Origin: Nitrosospira sp.
GTDB lineage: Bacteria > Pseudomonadota > Gammaproteobacteria > Burkholderiales > Nitrosomonadaceae
Reading direction: 5' to 3'
DNA: 37,834 nt
NCBI GenBank assembly: GCA_035692965.1
Contig: DASSHJ010000228.1
Span: forward strand, 1 to 37,834
Shown here piece after piece: positions 1-12,364 of the stretch (position 1 is the stretch's first letter; each line of letters begins with the position of its first letter). The position numbers were made by a program, and so were the translations under genes. The notes under the pieces are model-generated. The model had not been told where the DNA came from. It made no database searches and was given only the letters and a program-made list of their open reading frames with translations.

Positions 1-1017
1 GACCATTTGCATCACAGCGCCGCCCACTGACCAGGCATTCCACGCAAATACGCCGAGAACTACAAAACCCAGGTGACTGATGCTCGTATAGGCGACGAGC
101 CGTTTGAAATCGGTCTGCGCAAAAGCCAGGAGTGCGCCATAAAGCACACCGGCCGCCCCCAACCCCATTGCGACGGGCGCAAATTGCAGCGCAGACTCTG
201 GAAACAATGGGACAACAAAGCGCAAAAGTCCGTAGGCGCCTGTTTTCAGCAACACGCCCGCAAGAACCACGCTCCCTCCCGTCGGGGCCTCGGTGTGAGC
301 ATCGGGCAGCCAAGTATGAAACGGCACGACGGGGAGCTTGACTGCGAAAGCAATGAAAAAGCCGAGCATGATCCAGAATGATGCCGAGTCCGACATGACG
401 ACATTCAGCAGCGGGAAATAATCGAAGGTGAGATTGCCGCTGCTCCGGTAATGAATGAATACCAGCGCCAGGATAGCGAGCAGCATCAGCAGCCCGCTCC
501 CCTGCGTGAAAATGAAAAATTTGATGGATGCATAGCCGCGCCTTTCATGTCCCCAGATAGCGATCAGGAAATACATGGGCACCAGCATCAGCTCCCAAAA
601 GAAGAAAAAGAGAAACAGATCGAGTGCAAGAAACACGCCGACGGCGCCCGCCAGCGTCCACAAGAGATTGAAATAAAAGAAACCTGCCCGTTCCTGGATC
701 TCGGTCCATGAACACAAGACAGCAACAATGCCGAGAAACGCGGTCAGAACGATCAGCACCAGGCTCATGCCATCCATGGCGAGATGAAAGCTGATGCCAA
801 AGCGTGGAATCCATTCGGCCACAAACTCCGCGAGCCAACTGCCTCCCTCAAGAGTGATTTTTTCAGAATGTTGCAGCCAGAGCTGGACAGCGAGAACAAG
901 TTCTATTGCCGCCGTGATCAATGCTATCCAGCGTGCAGACCCGGCTTTTCCGCGCTCAGCCACCCCGGCGAGCAACCCGCCGGCCGTTAGAACGAATATC
1001 AGCACAGCGAGAATCAT
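1..1017 (-). CDS. nuoM: NADH-quinone oxidoreductase subunit M (3' end beyond the left edge of the window)
   Basis: Manual translation from the ATG at 1017, which overlaps the nuoL stop, gives MILAVLIFVLTAGG...WIPRFGISFHLAMDGMSLVLIVLT...LDLFLFFFFWELMLVPMYFLIAIWGHE. These are NuoM motifs, and the gene follows nuoL. Confidence 0.95.
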   Translation of the reverse strand, partial: MILAVLIFVLTAGGLLAGVAERGKAGSARWIALITAAIELVLAVQLWLQHSEKITLEGGSWLAEFVAEWIPRFGISFHLAMDGMSLVLIVLTAFLGIVAVLCSWTEIQERAGFFYFNLLWTLAGAVGVFLALDLFLFFFFWELMLVPMYFLIAIWGHERRGYASIKFFIFTQGSGLLMLLAILALVFIHYRSSGNLTFDYFPLLNVVMSDSASFWIMLGFFIAFAVKLPVVPFHTWLPDAHTEAPTGGSVVLAGVLLKTGAYGLLRFVVPLFPESALQFAPVAMGLGAAGVLYGALLAFAQTDFKRLVAYTSISHLGFVVLGVFAWNAWSVGGAVMQMV

Positions 1018-2915
1018 ATGAAAATCGCAATGAAAACAATGGCCGCTGAACCGGCTGCGATGGCGGCAGCATACTGACGCACCAGGCCTGTCTGGGTGGC
1101 GCTCAAGCCGCGATAGAAAGCCAGGCAGAGTCTTGCCACGCCACTGTAGACGTTGTCGATCACATCGCCCTGGTTGCTTCGAGCGAGCCAGATATATGGC
1201 CGCACGAATAAAACGTCATAAAGCCTGTCGAAATCCCATCCGTAATGCCAGAACTTACGGAGTCTTGCGAGCGCCGGCATGAGCATGAGCCCATGGAGAA
1301 AAGCCGGATACCTGAGAAAGAGCAGGTATGCCAAAAAGATACCGGCCAGCGAAGCCGATATTGCGAGCAACTCCAGGATCAGCTCGGTTCTTCCGCTTTC
1401 ATCGCCATGGATGAACTGGGTGGCAGGCAAAGCATGCCGAACAAAATTGGAAAACAGGGTCAGATTACCAAGAAAAGGCGGAGTTTCAATCCACCCGCCG
1501 GCGATCGACAGCGCGGCGAGGATGAGCATGGGAACGCTCATGCGCAACCCCGTTCGTTTGGAAAGTTCCGGACCCCTTGCTTCGCCAAAGAAGACGAGAA
1601 ATATGACCCGGAAAATATAGAGGCTGGTCAGTATGGCGCCGACCCAGCCTGCGGCCCACAACCACGGGCCCCCATTGGTGGACAACCAGGATTGAGTCAA
1701 TATGAGGTCCTTGCTGTAGAACCCCGCCGTGACGACGGGCACTGCTGCAAGCGATGCCCCGCCGATCAAAAATGTCCAGAAGGCGACCGGAAGCTTTTGG
1801 CGAAGTCCTCCCATGCGGAAGATATCGTGTTCCTCATGGAGGCTCATGATGACTGCCCCAGCGCTCAGGAACAGCAGCGCCTTGAAGAAGGCGTGGGTCA
1901 TCAGGTGAAAGATGGCGGCCGACCAGGCGCCTACCCCAAGGGCAAGAAACATGTAACCGATCTGGCTGATGGTGGAGTAAGCAAGCACGCGCTTGATGTC
2001 CTTCTGCGCCAACGCACTGCATCCTGCAAGCAGCAGGGTAAGCGCGCCGATCACTGCGACGGCGAACTGCACCGATGGCGCAAGGGAAAAAAGGACGTGG
2101 GTGCGCGCAATCAGATAGACACCCGCAGTCACCATCGTCGCCGCGTGGATCAGTGCGCTGACCGGCGTAGGGCCGGCCATTGCATCAGGCAGCCAGGTTT
2201 GGAGCGGGAGCTGTGCAGATTTCCCGACCGCCCCCCCCAGCAACAGGGCAGCGGCAGCAGCGGCAATCCCCGAGCCTGGCGGAAAAATGACAGCTGCCCG
2301 CTGCATGAGCGGCTGGATGTCAAGGGTGCCGAGATGGGTAAACAGCAGGAAAAGCCCAATGGCCAAGGCGGTATCGCCCACCCGGGTCACGATGAATGCC
2401 TTGCGCGCTGCCTGCCCGTTGGCAGGGTCTTTATACCAGAACCCGATGAGAAGATAACTGCACAAGCCCACTCCTTCCCACCCAAGATAAAGAAGCACGA
2501 GATTGTCAGCCAGCACCAGGACGCACATCGAGCCGACGAAAAGATTCATGTAGGCGAAGAAGCGCGCGTAACCTTCGTCTCCTTCCATGAACCCAGCTGA
2601 ATAGACGTGGATCAGGAAGCTGATAATGGTGACGACGAGGATCATCACCAGTGATAGGGGATCGAGGTAAAAAGCGATTTCCGGCGTGAATCCGGCTAGA
2701 TCCATCCACCTCCATGCAGTTTGCCGGAAAGCGAACGCAGGCGGAGGATCAAGGATGAAGCCGGAGGCAATCAGTATCGCGATAAGTGCGGCGAGGCCGA
2801 CGGAGCCCGCTCCGACCACTGCAACGCCGCGGTGACCAAGGCGTTCTCCGCCCAGCGCCAGCGCCATGAAACCGGCAAAAGGCAAAGCGGGAACAAGCCA
2901 CAACAGCGCCAGCAT
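1014..2915 (-). CDS. nuoL: NADH-quinone oxidoreductase subunit L
   Basis: 633-aa polytopic membrane protein with GWEGVGLCSYLLIGFW, GKSAQLPLQTWLPDAMAGPTPVSALIHAATMVTAG and LAYSTISQIGYM. Confidence 0.98.
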   Translation of the reverse strand: MLALLWLVPALPFAGFMALALGGERLGHRGVAVVGAGSVGLAALIAILIASGFILDPPPAFAFRQTAWRWMDLAGFTPEIAFYLDPLSLVMILVVTIISFLIHVYSAGFMEGDEGYARFFAYMNLFVGSMCVLVLADNLVLLYLGWEGVGLCSYLLIGFWYKDPANGQAARKAFIVTRVGDTALAIGLFLLFTHLGTLDIQPLMQRAAVIFPPGSGIAAAAAALLLGGAVGKSAQLPLQTWLPDAMAGPTPVSALIHAATMVTAGVYLIARTHVLFSLAPSVQFAVAVIGALTLLLAGCSALAQKDIKRVLAYSTISQIGYMFLALGVGAWSAAIFHLMTHAFFKALLFLSAGAVIMSLHEEHDIFRMGGLRQKLPVAFWTFLIGGASLAAVPVVTAGFYSKDLILTQSWLSTNGGPWLWAAGWVGAILTSLYIFRVIFLVFFGEARGPELSKRTGLRMSVPMLILAALSIAGGWIETPPFLGNLTLFSNFVRHALPATQFIHGDESGRTELILELLAISASLAGIFLAYLLFLRYPAFLHGLMLMPALARLRKFWHYGWDFDRLYDVLFVRPYIWLARSNQGDVIDNVYSGVARLCLAFYRGLSATQTGLVRQYAAAIAAGSAAIVFIAIFI

Positions 2916-2916
2916 C

Positions 2917-3243
2917 TCATCCTCGCATTTTGTTCACCGCGTCGGCATCGAGCGTCTGAAATCCGTGATGCAACAGCAGCAGCAGCGCCAGACCGACAGA
3001 AACTTCGGCCGCTGCCAAGGCCAGTATGAATATGAACATCACTTGGCCGTCGGCCTGCCCCCAGCGAGCGCCCGCCACGATGAAAGCGAGCCCCGCCGCG
3101 TTGAGCATGATTTCGATCGACATCAGGATGAAAACCAGGTTGCGTCTTACCAGGATACCGATCATCCCCAGCACGAAAAGCACAGCCGCGAGCAGGAGCC
3201 CGTGCTGCATCGGGATGGCAGCAATCGCTTCAATCGTCTTCAT
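2917..3243 (-). CDS. nuoK: NADH-quinone oxidoreductase subunit K
   Basis: [18 protein letters not shown] and [14 protein letters not shown] motifs. Start trimmed to the ATG at 3243 (alternative 3210); the longer track start lies inside nuoJ. Confidence 0.95.
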   Translation of the reverse strand: MKTIEAIAAIPMQHGLLLAAVLFVLGMIGILVRRNLVFILMSIEIMLNAAGLAFIVAGARWGQADGQVMFIFILALAAAEVSVGLALLLLLHHGFQTLDADAVNKMRG

Positions 3244-3820
3244 GGGCTCGTAACTCTCCCCGCGCCATCCCCCATGAGCCTCTCCGCAGGCTCTCATCCG
3301 ACCCCTCTTTCTCGCCCGCATTCAGACGCATGCCCTGGTGCCGGCCAAGATGGCACGCCCCGATCAGCCCCGCCAGCAGCAGTAACGACGCCAGTTCAAC
3401 GCCGAGCAGATACGGCCCGAATAAGGCCATGCCGACCTCCTTTGACTCGACCACCGCGGCGCCGGAGCTTGTGGCGCCCCCGCGCGCTAGAATATAGATC
3501 AGTTCAGCCAAAAGTATTGCCGCCAGTACAGCAGGTCCAATCCACATTCCCGGGCTGAGCCATTGATGTTCCCGCGCCTCGGCCGCTTTTCCCAAGTTGA
3601 GCATCATCACCACGAACACGAATAGCACCATGATTGCCCCAGCGTAAATGATGATTTCGAGGGCTGCGGCAAACGGTGCTCCGAGTACGTAAAAAACGAC
3701 TGCAAGGGCGAGCAGGGATACGATCAGGTAGAGCAGCGCGTGCACCGCGCTCGCCCGCGTGATGACCATTGTGGTGGCAGCAATGGCAACAGCTCCGGAT
3801 AAATAAAATGCAGCTTCCAT
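3230..3820 (-). CDS. nuoJ: NADH-quinone oxidoreductase subunit J
   Basis: [39 protein letters not shown] and [16 protein letters not shown]. Likely ATG at 3820 with GGAG just upstream. Confidence 0.95.
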   Translation of the reverse strand: MEAAFYLSGAVAIAATTMVITRASAVHALLYLIVSLLALAVVFYVLGAPFAAALEIIIYAGAIMVLFVFVVMMLNLGKAAEAREHQWLSPGMWIGPAVLAAILLAELIYILARGGATSSGAAVVESKEVGMALFGPYLLGVELASLLLLAGLIGACHLGRHQGMRLNAGEKEGSDESLRRGSWGMARGELRAHEDD

Positions 3821-3839
3821 GGCACTCCAGGAGCGGGCT

Positions 3840-4355
3840 TCAAGGCAACAGCGAACGCGTATCGACAGGCGGGGCTTCACGCTCCGCCTCTCCCTTGCCC
3901 TTCCCTCCTATTGCAACTCCTGACGTTCGGTAAAAGTTATAGCCAGGATATTTGCCGGTGCCGTCGATCAGGAGGTCTCCTTTTTCATACACCAGGTTTT
4001 TCCTTTCATACTCTCCCATCTCGAAATCAGGTGTAAGCTGGATCGCATCCGTAGGGCACGCCTCTTCGCAATAACCGCAAAAAATGCAGCGCGAAAAGTT
4101 GATACGGAAAAATTCCGGAAAGCGCCGCCCGTGTTCATCTTCGGTCGCCTGGAGAGCTATGCAATCCACAGGGCACGCGGCCGCGCAAAGATAACAGGCA
4201 ACGCAGCGCTCCTGCCCGTCGGGGTCCCGGCTCAGGATAATGCGCCCGCGCCATCGCGGCGGCATATAGGGTTTCTCGTCCGGATACTGGATGGTCACCC
4301 TGGGCCGGAACGTATGCAGGAAGATGTCCCATAACGTTTTAAGCGAGTTCCACAT
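3840..4355 (-). CDS. nuoI: NADH-quinone oxidoreductase subunit I
   Basis: Two ferredoxin-type motifs, [12 protein letters not shown] and [15 protein letters not shown] at 4355 is preceded by an AGGAGG ribosome-binding site. Confidence 0.97.
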   Translation of the reverse strand: MWNSLKTLWDIFLHTFRPRVTIQYPDEKPYMPPRWRGRIILSRDPDGQERCVACYLCAAACPVDCIALQATEDEHGRRFPEFFRINFSRCIFCGYCEEACPTDAIQLTPDFEMGEYERKNLVYEKGDLLIDGTGKYPGYNFYRTSGVAIGGKGKGEAEREAPPVDTRSLLP

Positions 4356-4375
4356 TTCATCCCTCCTTGTTCGGA

Positions 4376-5329
4376 TCAAGAGCGGGCCAGCACCACAGCT
4401 CCGGTGACCAGCAGGTTGACCAGCGTGAGCGGCAGCATGACCTTCCATCCGTAGGCCATCAACTGGTCGTAGCGTGGCCGGGGCAGGGATGCGCGCAACA
4501 AAACGAAGAACACGATGACAACAAAGGTCTTGAGCAGGAACCATGCCAGCGGTGGAAGCACCGGTCCCAGCCAGCCGCCGAAGAACAAGGTCACCACCAT
4601 CGCCGAGATAAGCGTGACGCCGACATATTCGCCAATGAAAAACAGGCCGAATTTCATGCTCGAATATTCCGTATGAAAACCCGCCACCAGCTCGTTCTCG
4701 GCCTCGACGAGATCAAAGGGCAGGCGTCGCGCTTCAGCGATTCCCGCTATGGTAAAGGTCAGCAGACCGAGTACCTGCGGAACGCAAAACCAGAGGTTTT
4801 CCTGCGCAATAACGATATCCCGGAGGTTGAATGAACCGGCGAGCATGACCACACCCATCAGGGCCAAGCCCATGAAAACCTCGTAACTCAGCATTTGCGC
4901 CGCCGCACGGAAGCCCCCAAGCAGAGAGTATTTGCTGTTCGATGCCCAACCGCCAAGTACAATGCTGTAGACACCGAGCGAAGACATAGCCAGGAAGAAC
5001 AACAGGCCAATGTTCAGATCGACCACCCCGATCCCGGGTGCGATGGGCACCACTGCGAAGGCGAGCATGGTAGCGGCTGCGATGATGGTCGGCGCCAGCA
5101 CGAACACAGCCCTGTCTGCAAACGGTGGTACCCAGTCCTCCTTGGTAAGAAGCTTGATTGCATCAGCGGCGGCCTGCAGCGTTCCGAATGGCCCTACCCG
5201 GTTAGGCCCATAGCGATCCTGCCAGAGGCCCAGCAGGCGGCGTTCGACCCAGGAGAGCAGCGCGGAAAAGGTAAAAAGCACGGCCAGGATGAGGATAAGG
5301 TTTATCCAGATACCCACAGTTTCATTCAT
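4376..5329 (-). CDS. nuoH: NADH-quinone oxidoreductase subunit H
   Basis: [47 protein letters not shown] and PRPRYDQLM. Confidence 0.98.
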   Translation of the reverse strand: MNETVGIWINLILILAVLFTFSALLSWVERRLLGLWQDRYGPNRVGPFGTLQAAADAIKLLTKEDWVPPFADRAVFVLAPTIIAAATMLAFAVVPIAPGIGVVDLNIGLLFFLAMSSLGVYSIVLGGWASNSKYSLLGGFRAAAQMLSYEVFMGLALMGVVMLAGSFNLRDIVIAQENLWFCVPQVLGLLTFTIAGIAEARRLPFDLVEAENELVAGFHTEYSSMKFGLFFIGEYVGVTLISAMVVTLFFGGWLGPVLPPLAWFLLKTFVVIVFFVLLRASLPRPRYDQLMAYGWKVMLPLTLVNLLVTGAVVLARS

Positions 5330-8093
5330 GTCCAGCGCCTCGCCCGTTGCTTCGCTTCTCTGCCTTTGTCACCTTGGCCCATGCCGGCAACTCCACTCCA
5401 AGGAGATCGCCCAGGCCTGGTAAACCGACCGGTAACCCGGCGATCCCTTCGGGAAGTTCGGGTTTGATCTTTACAGGCAGCTGGGCGGTAAGCATTTTCC
5501 CCGGTTTGTCGATTAATTGAACTGCCACACTGTCTCCCGGCACGAGCCCAAGCCCAGCCGCGCTGCCAGGATTGAGTGCGAGATACGGCTGGGGGCTCAG
5601 TTCCGAGATACCGCGCGACAGCGTGCTCAACTCCTCTCCGCCAAATATATGATGCAGCGGCACTACGAGCCACTTATCCGGCATCGAATGGAACTCCGCC
5701 GGGATATCTTCAAAGTAGTCCACTTCTCCCTGCGCCGCTGGCTCAATGAGGCGTTCACCGGGATTGCCACCTCTAAGCGCTCCCCCAACTTCCTGCTGGA
5801 ATTTGTTCAATGACTGGATGGAATTCCAGCCGGGGGACCAGAAACGAGGGATCAACGAAGGCGGCGGATCCCCGCCATAGCCTTCCATTGAAAATGCCAA
5901 AGGTGTATCGGGATCGCGCGGCTGCTCCGGCTCGTGCACGCTGACGCCAGCGCGCATTGCCGTGCGCCCGCTATAGCGGTGGGGCTGGCGCGGTATCTTC
6001 TGGCCATCAATGCGGAAGCTTGCGGGCGGGGCAGCATGCACGATGCGATCCCACCCCGGAATTGCCAGGGCGCAGGCCGCTGTAACATCGTCGAGATTAC
6101 GCCAGTTTGCTTCACTCCCGCGGCCTGCCACGGCCATAATATCGCGTATCCATCGCCAGCTCTCCTGGATTTCGCCTTCCGGCACGAATACCTGGAAGTA
6201 GCGCTGCGCGCGGCCTTCGTTGTTGATCAGGGTGCCGTCTGCTTCGGCGAAGGCGGCTGCGGGAAGCAGCATATGAGCCTTTTCACTGGTGCGATGGGAG
6301 GTATGATCGATAACCACGATATGCCGGGCAGCAGCCAGCATGCGTTCGACCAGCACCTTGTCGCTGCGCCGGTACAGGTCATTTTCCAGGATGACGAGGA
6401 TGTCGGCTGCATCGCTTTCGAGTAACTCCAGTGCCGCTTCCAGGTCGCCGCCCCCCTGCATTGCCATGCCCAGGCTGTTGCATTCGGGTACCGCGTAGCA
6501 GAGTGCTGCATTGCGGCCGGTATTGCAGAGTGCCCGTGCCACATTGGCCGCTGCCTCGATGATGCCAATGTCGCCGCAACCCATCCCGGAGATGATCAGG
6601 GGATGTTCCGCTCCCTTCAGTTTTTCCGCGATAGCATTCGCCACTGCCCCCGCCTCAGCAGATAGTCCCGCGACCGGGGGTACGTGCGGATCGAGCCTAT
6701 TAGCGATCGCGAACCCGAGGCGAGTGATATCAGCAGGTGCTCCGCGGAAAGTCTGAGTTGCGATATCGTCCAGGCGGGTGTCCGCTACGGTGGCGACAAG
6801 CAGCGGTCCATGCTCGTGCCGTGTAGCCTCGCGGACAGCACTATCGTTCCAGAGCGGGATCTTCATTCTCTCCGCCCGCTTTTCCGGCTGCCGTCGTACT
6901 GACTGCCGCAATGAGAGTGCAAGCCGCGGAGCGGTATTGCTGACATCCTCGCCAAGGATGAGGACAGCATCGGCAAGTTCGACGTCGTGCAGGGATGGGA
7001 TACGGGCAGGCCCCTGCCTCAAAATATCCAGGATTGAGGTCAGTAGCCGCGATTCCCGTTGGTTCAGGCCCGTATGGAACCGGTCCGACCCAACCAAGGT
7101 GCGAAGCGCAAAGTTGGCTTCGACTGAAGCACGAGGAGATCCTATTCCGACCACCCTGCCGGATTGAGAGAGAATTTCGCCTAAATACTCAACCGCATCC
7201 GATCCAGCGACCGGTTGAGGCAGTTCATTTTTATCCCCGCGTATCGCTGGCTGCCTGATCCGCAACTCGCTGTTAACGAACTCGTAACCATAGCGTCCCC
7301 GGTCACAGAGGAAATACCCGTTCACGTCGCCGTTGAAACGATTGCGGATGCGCCGCAATGTGCCGTAGCGCTCGCCGGGAATGGTGTTGCAACCCGAGCC
7401 GCAATGCACACAGACCGAGGGTGCGGTCTGAAGGTCCCACTTGCGCGTGTAATGCCACCTGAGTGTCTTGTCAGTGAAAACGCCCGTGGGACACACTTCA
7501 ACCAGATTCCCGCTGAACTCGCTCTCCAGCGTACCGTCCTGGTGCCGGCCGAAGTAGACCTTGTCGCGTAGAACCAGGGCATCCAGGTCGCGTCCGCCTG
7601 CGTAATCCCGATAGAACCGGACGCAGCGATAGCATTGGATGCAGCGGTTCATCTCGTGATTGACCAAAGGCCCGAGGTCCTGGTTATGAAAAGTGCGCTT
7701 TGGTCCGCGGTAACGGCGATATACATGGCCGTTCATGACCGTCATGTCCTGTAGATGGCATTCCCCACCCTCGTCGCACACCGGGCAATCATGCGGATGG
7801 TTCACCATCAGCCATTCAGCCACGCTTTCCCGAAACTCGTGAGCCTCGGCGTCATCGATCGAGATGAAAGTCCCGTCCTTCGCAGGCGTCATGCAGGCCA
7901 TCACCAACTTGCCCCGCCTGTCCTCCGCGTTTTTGAACTGTTTTACAGCACACTGGCGGCAGGCGCCAACCGAACCCATGGCGGGATGCCAGCAGAAATA
8001 AGGCAGGTTGAATCCTAGCGACAGGCATTGCTGCAGGAGGTTTTCCTGGTCGTTTGCAGGATAAGGCCGGTTATCGATATGGATGGTTGCCAC
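5322..8093 (-). CDS. nuoG: NADH-quinone oxidoreductase subunit G (long, E. coli-type)
   Basis: 923 aa, GTG start. Fe-S motifs [25 protein letters not shown] and CIQCYRC, plus CVHCGSGC...LC (N7-type cluster motif). Confidence 0.97.
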   Translation of the reverse strand: MATIHIDNRPYPANDQENLLQQCLSLGFNLPYFCWHPAMGSVGACRQCAVKQFKNAEDRRGKLVMACMTPAKDGTFISIDDAEAHEFRESVAEWLMVNHPHDCPVCDEGGECHLQDMTVMNGHVYRRYRGPKRTFHNQDLGPLVNHEMNRCIQCYRCVRFYRDYAGGRDLDALVLRDKVYFGRHQDGTLESEFSGNLVEVCPTGVFTDKTLRWHYTRKWDLQTAPSVCVHCGSGCNTIPGERYGTLRRIRNRFNGDVNGYFLCDRGRYGYEFVNSELRIRQPAIRGDKNELPQPVAGSDAVEYLGEILSQSGRVVGIGSPRASVEANFALRTLVGSDRFHTGLNQRESRLLTSILDILRQGPARIPSLHDVELADAVLILGEDVSNTAPRLALSLRQSVRRQPEKRAERMKIPLWNDSAVREATRHEHGPLLVATVADTRLDDIATQTFRGAPADITRLGFAIANRLDPHVPPVAGLSAEAGAVANAIAEKLKGAEHPLIISGMGCGDIGIIEAAANVARALCNTGRNAALCYAVPECNSLGMAMQGGGDLEAALELLESDAADILVILENDLYRRSDKVLVERMLAAARHIVVIDHTSHRTSEKAHMLLPAAAFAEADGTLINNEGRAQRYFQVFVPEGEIQESWRWIRDIMAVAGRGSEANWRNLDDVTAACALAIPGWDRIVHAAPPASFRIDGQKIPRQPHRYSGRTAMRAGVSVHEPEQPRDPDTPLAFSMEGYGGDPPPSLIPRFWSPGWNSIQSLNKFQQEVGGALRGGNPGERLIEPAAQGEVDYFEDIPAEFHSMPDKWLVVPLHHIFGGEELSTLSRGISELSPQPYLALNPGSAAGLGLVPGDSVAVQLIDKPGKMLTAQLPVKIKPELPEGIAGLPVGLPGLGDLLGVELPAWAKVTKAEKRSNGRGAGHE

Positions 8094-8113
8094 GTTCGCC
8101 TCTCATGTATCCG

Positions 8114-9391
8114 TCAGTTTTCTCTCCAGGGGCAACGTTTTTCATGAATGTGGCGCTCGAAATCGTCCTTGAAATATTTCAGGCCGCTTTGCAGCGGCTC
8201 AGCGGCGCCGGGGGCAAGCGCGCAGAAGGTATGCCCGGGACCGAGCAGCCGCGTGTGGGACGCGAGGCGCTCAAGATCGGAGGGCTGCCCGTGGCCTTCT
8301 TCCATGTCCCGCAAAATTTGCTCGATCCATGAAAGTCCTGACCAGCATGGGGTGCACCAGCCGCATGATTCCTGGGCGAAGAAATGCTCGAGATTGAGAA
8401 GCATTCCGACCGGGCAGGTCCTGTCGTCGAGAATGATCATTGTCCCCGTCCCAAGACGGCTGCCCGCTGCCTGCATGGAATCAAAATCCATGGGTACATC
8501 GAGATGATCGGCAACCACGAAGTCCGTGGAGGCGCCACCGGGCAAAAGACCGCGGAACTGGTACCCATCCTGCATCCCGCCTGCATGCTCCTCCAGGATT
8601 TCCCGTATGGGCGTGCCCATCGGCAATTCCCATAACCCAGGCTTTTTCACCTTTCCACTTGCCCCATACAGCTTGGTGCCGCCATCCGCGGTATGGCTCA
8701 GGCTTTTGAACCATTCCGCCCCCTTGTCGACGATATGCGGGACGTTGCATAACGTTTCAACGTTATTGACAATGGTGGGCTTTCCCCATAGGCCGCTCAC
8801 CTGCGGATAGGGGGGCTTGGCCCGGGGATTGGCGCGCCTGCCTTCGAGCGCGTTGAGCAGCGCCGTCTCTTCGCCGCATATATAGCGGCCCGCACTGGCA
8901 TGAAGATGCAATTCCAGACTGTATCCCGATCCAAGGATATTTTTTCCAAGATAACCCTTGCCATAAGCCTCACCGATAGCGCGCTCCATCCTATGTGCCG
9001 CCAGTTTGTAGGCCCAGCGCAAGAAGACAAAAGCAATGTCTGCCTGGAGGGCATAAGCGCTCACGATCATCCCCTCCAGCAACTGGTGGGGATTACCCTC
9101 CAGCAATAACCGGTCCTTGAACGTGCCGGGCTCCATCTCGTCCGCATTGCAGACAAGATATTTCGGACGCGGAGCATCATCGCCCATGGGAACAAAACTC
9201 CATTTCTGGGCAGTGGGAAATCCGGCGCCGCCGCGACCTCGCAGGTTGGCGTCCTTCACCACTTGCTGAACGTCGGCGGGAGCCATCCGCAAGGCTTTCC
9301 GCAACCCGGAATAACCCCCGGTTTTCTCATATTGAGCCAGGTCCGGAGGTTCTTTCCCTGTTGAAATGTCATGCGTCAGTGGCTTTTCCAT
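8114..9391 (-). CDS. nuoF: NADH-quinone oxidoreductase subunit F
   Basis: LRGRGGAGFPT, NADEMEPGTFKDR, AGRYICGEETAL and ESCGWCTPC...C. Confidence 0.98.
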   Translation of the reverse strand: MEKPLTHDISTGKEPPDLAQYEKTGGYSGLRKALRMAPADVQQVVKDANLRGRGGAGFPTAQKWSFVPMGDDAPRPKYLVCNADEMEPGTFKDRLLLEGNPHQLLEGMIVSAYALQADIAFVFLRWAYKLAAHRMERAIGEAYGKGYLGKNILGSGYSLELHLHASAGRYICGEETALLNALEGRRANPRAKPPYPQVSGLWGKPTIVNNVETLCNVPHIVDKGAEWFKSLSHTADGGTKLYGASGKVKKPGLWELPMGTPIREILEEHAGGMQDGYQFRGLLPGGASTDFVVADHLDVPMDFDSMQAAGSRLGTGTMIILDDRTCPVGMLLNLEHFFAQESCGWCTPCWSGLSWIEQILRDMEEGHGQPSDLERLASHTRLLGPGHTFCALAPGAAEPLQSGLKYFKDDFERHIHEKRCPWREN

Positions 9392-9875
9392 CCGCCTGCC
9401 CGCCTTCTTTTAGTTCGCAGGAAGCAAGAATCTCGTCGATTCTCGCCGGATCCAGATCCTGGTAATGCGCATCATCCACCATCATTGCCGGGGCGTGGTC
9501 GCATGCGCCGAGGCACACGTTCGGCAAAAGCGTAAAGCGTCCATCGGCGGTGGTCTGCCCGAACTCGATCCCCAGGCGCCGGGTGAGGTGGTCGCGAAGC
9601 TTCTCATAACCCATAATCCAGCAACTGACGCTGTCGCATAGCAGAATGACGTGCTTGCCCACCGGTTGGCGGAAAACCATGTTATAGAACGTCGCCACCC
9701 CTTCCAGCTCCGCGAGTGTCATTTGCAACGCCTCGGCCACATCGGCCAGGCCTTCATCCGATACCCAGCCCCTATGACGCTGGATGATCTGGAGCGCCTC
9801 GATACAGACAGCGCGGCGGTCGGGGTAATGCCGCGAATGTGCTTCAATTTCCTCTCTTTCCTGTTCGCTTAACAT
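9369..9875 (-). CDS. nuoE: NADH-quinone oxidoreductase subunit E
   Basis: GVATFYN and the [2Fe-2S] ligands CDSVSC...CLGAC. Confidence 0.97.
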   Translation of the reverse strand: MLSEQEREEIEAHSRHYPDRRAVCIEALQIIQRHRGWVSDEGLADVAEALQMTLAELEGVATFYNMVFRQPVGKHVILLCDSVSCWIMGYEKLRDHLTRRLGIEFGQTTADGRFTLLPNVCLGACDHAPAMMVDDAHYQDLDPARIDEILASCELKEGGQADGKATDA

Positions 9876-9883
9876 AGATTCAC

Positions 9884-11680
9884 CTAGCGATCCACATCGG
9901 CCATCACGAAATCGATGCTGCCCAGGATGGCGATCAAATCGGAAACCATCAGCCCTCGGCTTATCTGCGGGATCATTTGCAGGTGCGGAAAGGACGGCGT
10001 ACGGATGCGTACCCGGTATGCCATCGTATTGCCGTCGCTAATGAGGTAATACCCATTGTTGCCCTTGGTCGCCTCGATGGCCATCAATGCTTCTCCTGGC
10101 GGAATGACTGGGCCCCAGCTTACGCCCAGGAAATGGTCGATGAGCGTCTCGATATCGTGAAGCGTGCGCTTCTTGAGGGGAGGCGTTGTGAGCGGATGAT
10201 CCGCCTTATAGGTTCCCCCTGGCATATTCTCAAGACACTGCCCGATAATGCGCAGGCTTTGGCGAATCTCTTCGGCGCGAACCGCGCAGCGGTCGTAACA
10301 ATCGCCGTGATCTCCAGTAGGAATGTCAAACTCGAAATTCTCATAGCCCGAGTAAGGCCTCGCCTTGCGGAAATCCCACTCGAAACCGCATGCCCGCAGG
10401 TTAGGACCAGTCACTCCCCACTCGATTGCCTCCTTAATGGAGTAGCTGCCAATGCCCTGGGTTCTCGCCTTCACGATCCGGTTTCCGAGAGCGATCTCGT
10501 CATACTCGCGCAATCTGGCGGGCATATAGTCAAGAAAATCCCTTACCAGCCGATCCCATCCCGCAGGCAGATCCTGTGCTACTCCACCGATCCGATACCA
10601 GCTCGGATGCATGCGGCCGCCGCAGATCGCTTCCACGATGTCGAATATGCGCTCCCGGTCAGTGAACATGAAGAACACGGGAGAGAGCTGGCCGAGGTCC
10701 TGTGTAAAAGTTCCATAAAACACGAGATGGCTGGCAATGCGAAAAAATTCGGCCATCATTACCCGTATAACTTTTACCCGCTCGGGCACCTCGATGCCTG
10801 CCAGTTTTTCCACGGCGAGCACGTATGGGAGGTTGTTCATGACGCCGCCGAGGTAATCGACACGGTCGGTATAGGGGATGTAGGTATGCCAGGACTGGCG
10901 TTCACCCATCTTTTCGGCCCCGCGGTGGTGGAATCCGATTTCGGGCACCGCGTCGACGATCTCCTCGCCGTCCAGTTGCAGGACGATACGAAATACCCCA
11001 TGGACGCCTGGATGGTTGGGTCCCAGGTTGAGGAACATGAAGTCCGTCCCATCATGTGCCCGGCGCATCCCCCATTCCTCGGGATGAAACCTCAGCGCCT
11101 CCTGCTCGGCTTCCTCCCTTTGGGGGGACATATGGAAGGGCTCCATCTCGGTCGCACGGGCCGGATAATCCTTGTGCAAAGGGTGGCCCTGCCAGCCAGG
11201 GGGAAGGAGAATGCGGCGAAGATGGGGATGACCATCGAAGACGACCCCGAACATATCCCACACCTCGCGCTCGTACCAGTTGGCAGCTGGCCAGAGTGCT
11301 GTAATGGTAGGAGTCGTAAGATGCGGGCTATTCAGCGCAACCTTGAGGCGAACATATGCATTGCGCTCGAACGAGAAGAGGTGATAAACGACTGTAAAGT
11401 CGCTTTCCGGCTGCCCCTCGCGATGCCCTCGCGTGCGTTCATCAATCGCCGTAAGGTCGTACAACATGCGGTAGGGCTTTTCGGCCTCTTCTTTCAGATA
11501 GCGAAGAACCCGAGGAATGCTGCTTTTTGAAATCCAGCACGTGGGAACTGCGTCGCGTGTCTGCTGAAAGGGGCCGATTGCTTCCCCCCGAGTTGCGGAG
11601 GGTCCGAAGCGAGCCTCGATCTCTTCGAGAATGTCAGGAAAACCGGGTTTCAACGCAAGACTGGAAGAAGCATGGGTCAC
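9884..11680 (-). CDS. nuoC: NADH-quinone oxidoreductase fused subunit C/D
   Basis: 598 aa. N-terminal NuoC motifs ([22 protein letters not shown]) are joined in frame to NuoD motifs ([21 protein letters not shown]-terminal [11 protein letters not shown]). Confidence 0.97.
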   Translation of the reverse strand: MTHASSSLALKPGFPDILEEIEARFGPSATRGEAIGPFQQTRDAVPTCWISKSSIPRVLRYLKEEAEKPYRMLYDLTAIDERTRGHREGQPESDFTVVYHLFSFERNAYVRLKVALNSPHLTTPTITALWPAANWYEREVWDMFGVVFDGHPHLRRILLPPGWQGHPLHKDYPARATEMEPFHMSPQREEAEQEALRFHPEEWGMRRAHDGTDFMFLNLGPNHPGVHGVFRIVLQLDGEEIVDAVPEIGFHHRGAEKMGERQSWHTYIPYTDRVDYLGGVMNNLPYVLAVEKLAGIEVPERVKVIRVMMAEFFRIASHLVFYGTFTQDLGQLSPVFFMFTDRERIFDIVEAICGGRMHPSWYRIGGVAQDLPAGWDRLVRDFLDYMPARLREYDEIALGNRIVKARTQGIGSYSIKEAIEWGVTGPNLRACGFEWDFRKARPYSGYENFEFDIPTGDHGDCYDRCAVRAEEIRQSLRIIGQCLENMPGGTYKADHPLTTPPLKKRTLHDIETLIDHFLGVSWGPVIPPGEALMAIEATKGNNGYYLISDGNTMAYRVRIRTPSFPHLQMIPQISRGLMVSDLIAILGSIDFVMADVDR

Positions 11681-11683
11681 GCG

Positions 11684-12364
11684 TCATACCTCATCCGGAG
11701 GGCGCAGCGTCTCGGCGCTCACTCTCGCAGCCCGGTTCAGGTCTCGCTGCGACGGCCGCCCCGGCTTCGCGATCCCCTGCGGCCCCACCACCCAGCTCAG
11801 GGGACGCTTCTCCTTTCCGATCGCATCCTGAAGAAGGTTCAATCCCTGAATGAATGCATCGGGCCGTGGAGGACAACCGGGAACGTAGACATCCACGGGC
11901 AGGAATTTGTCGACCCCCTGGACCACGCTGTAGATATCGTACATTCCACCGGAGTTGGCGCAGGAACCCATGGAGATGACCCAGCGCGGTTCCAGCATCT
12001 GATCGTAGAGGCGTTGTATGACGGGAGCCATCTTGATGAAAACAGTACCCGAGATTACGATCAGGTCGGCCTGCCGCGGAGAAGCGCGTATCACTTCAGC
12101 TCCGAACCGCGCCACATCGTATTTACTGGTGAAGCTCGTGGCCATCTCCACGTAGCAGCAGGACAACCCGAAGTTATAGGGCCAAATCGAGTTTTTACGT
12201 CCCCATGCGACAAGATCCTGGAGCCGTGCCAGGAGAACGCTTCTGCGGCCATCGTCCGAAAAATTCCTGATATCGTTAACCGCGTCTTCTGTCGATTGTG
12301 TACCTGCTTGTGCCGGCTTTCGAGAATCCGACCTTTCATTTGTCCTGGTTAACGACCATTTCAT
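11684..12364 (-). CDS. nuoB: NADH-quinone oxidoreductase subunit B
   Basis: [25 protein letters not shown] and VPGCPPRP. Start placed at the ATG (12364) overlapping the nuoA stop. Confidence 0.97.
   Translation of the reverse strand: MKWSLTRTNERSDSRKPAQAGTQSTEDAVNDIRNFSDDGRRSVLLARLQDLVAWGRKNSIWPYNFGLSCCYVEMATSFTSKYDVARFGAEVIRASPRQADLIVISGTVFIKMAPVIQRLYDQMLEPRWVISMGSCANSGGMYDIYSVVQGVDKFLPVDVYVPGCPPRPDAFIQGLNLLQDAIGKEKRPLSWVVGPQGIAKPGRPSQRDLNRAARVSAETLRPPDEV

Noticed and set aside
9977..11530. 517-aa plus-strand ORF (also 1245-2600, 2866-3558, 11672-12352)
   Set aside because: These lie wholly antisense to conserved nuo genes and have no recognisable motifs; they are typical shadow ORFs of GC-rich coding DNA.
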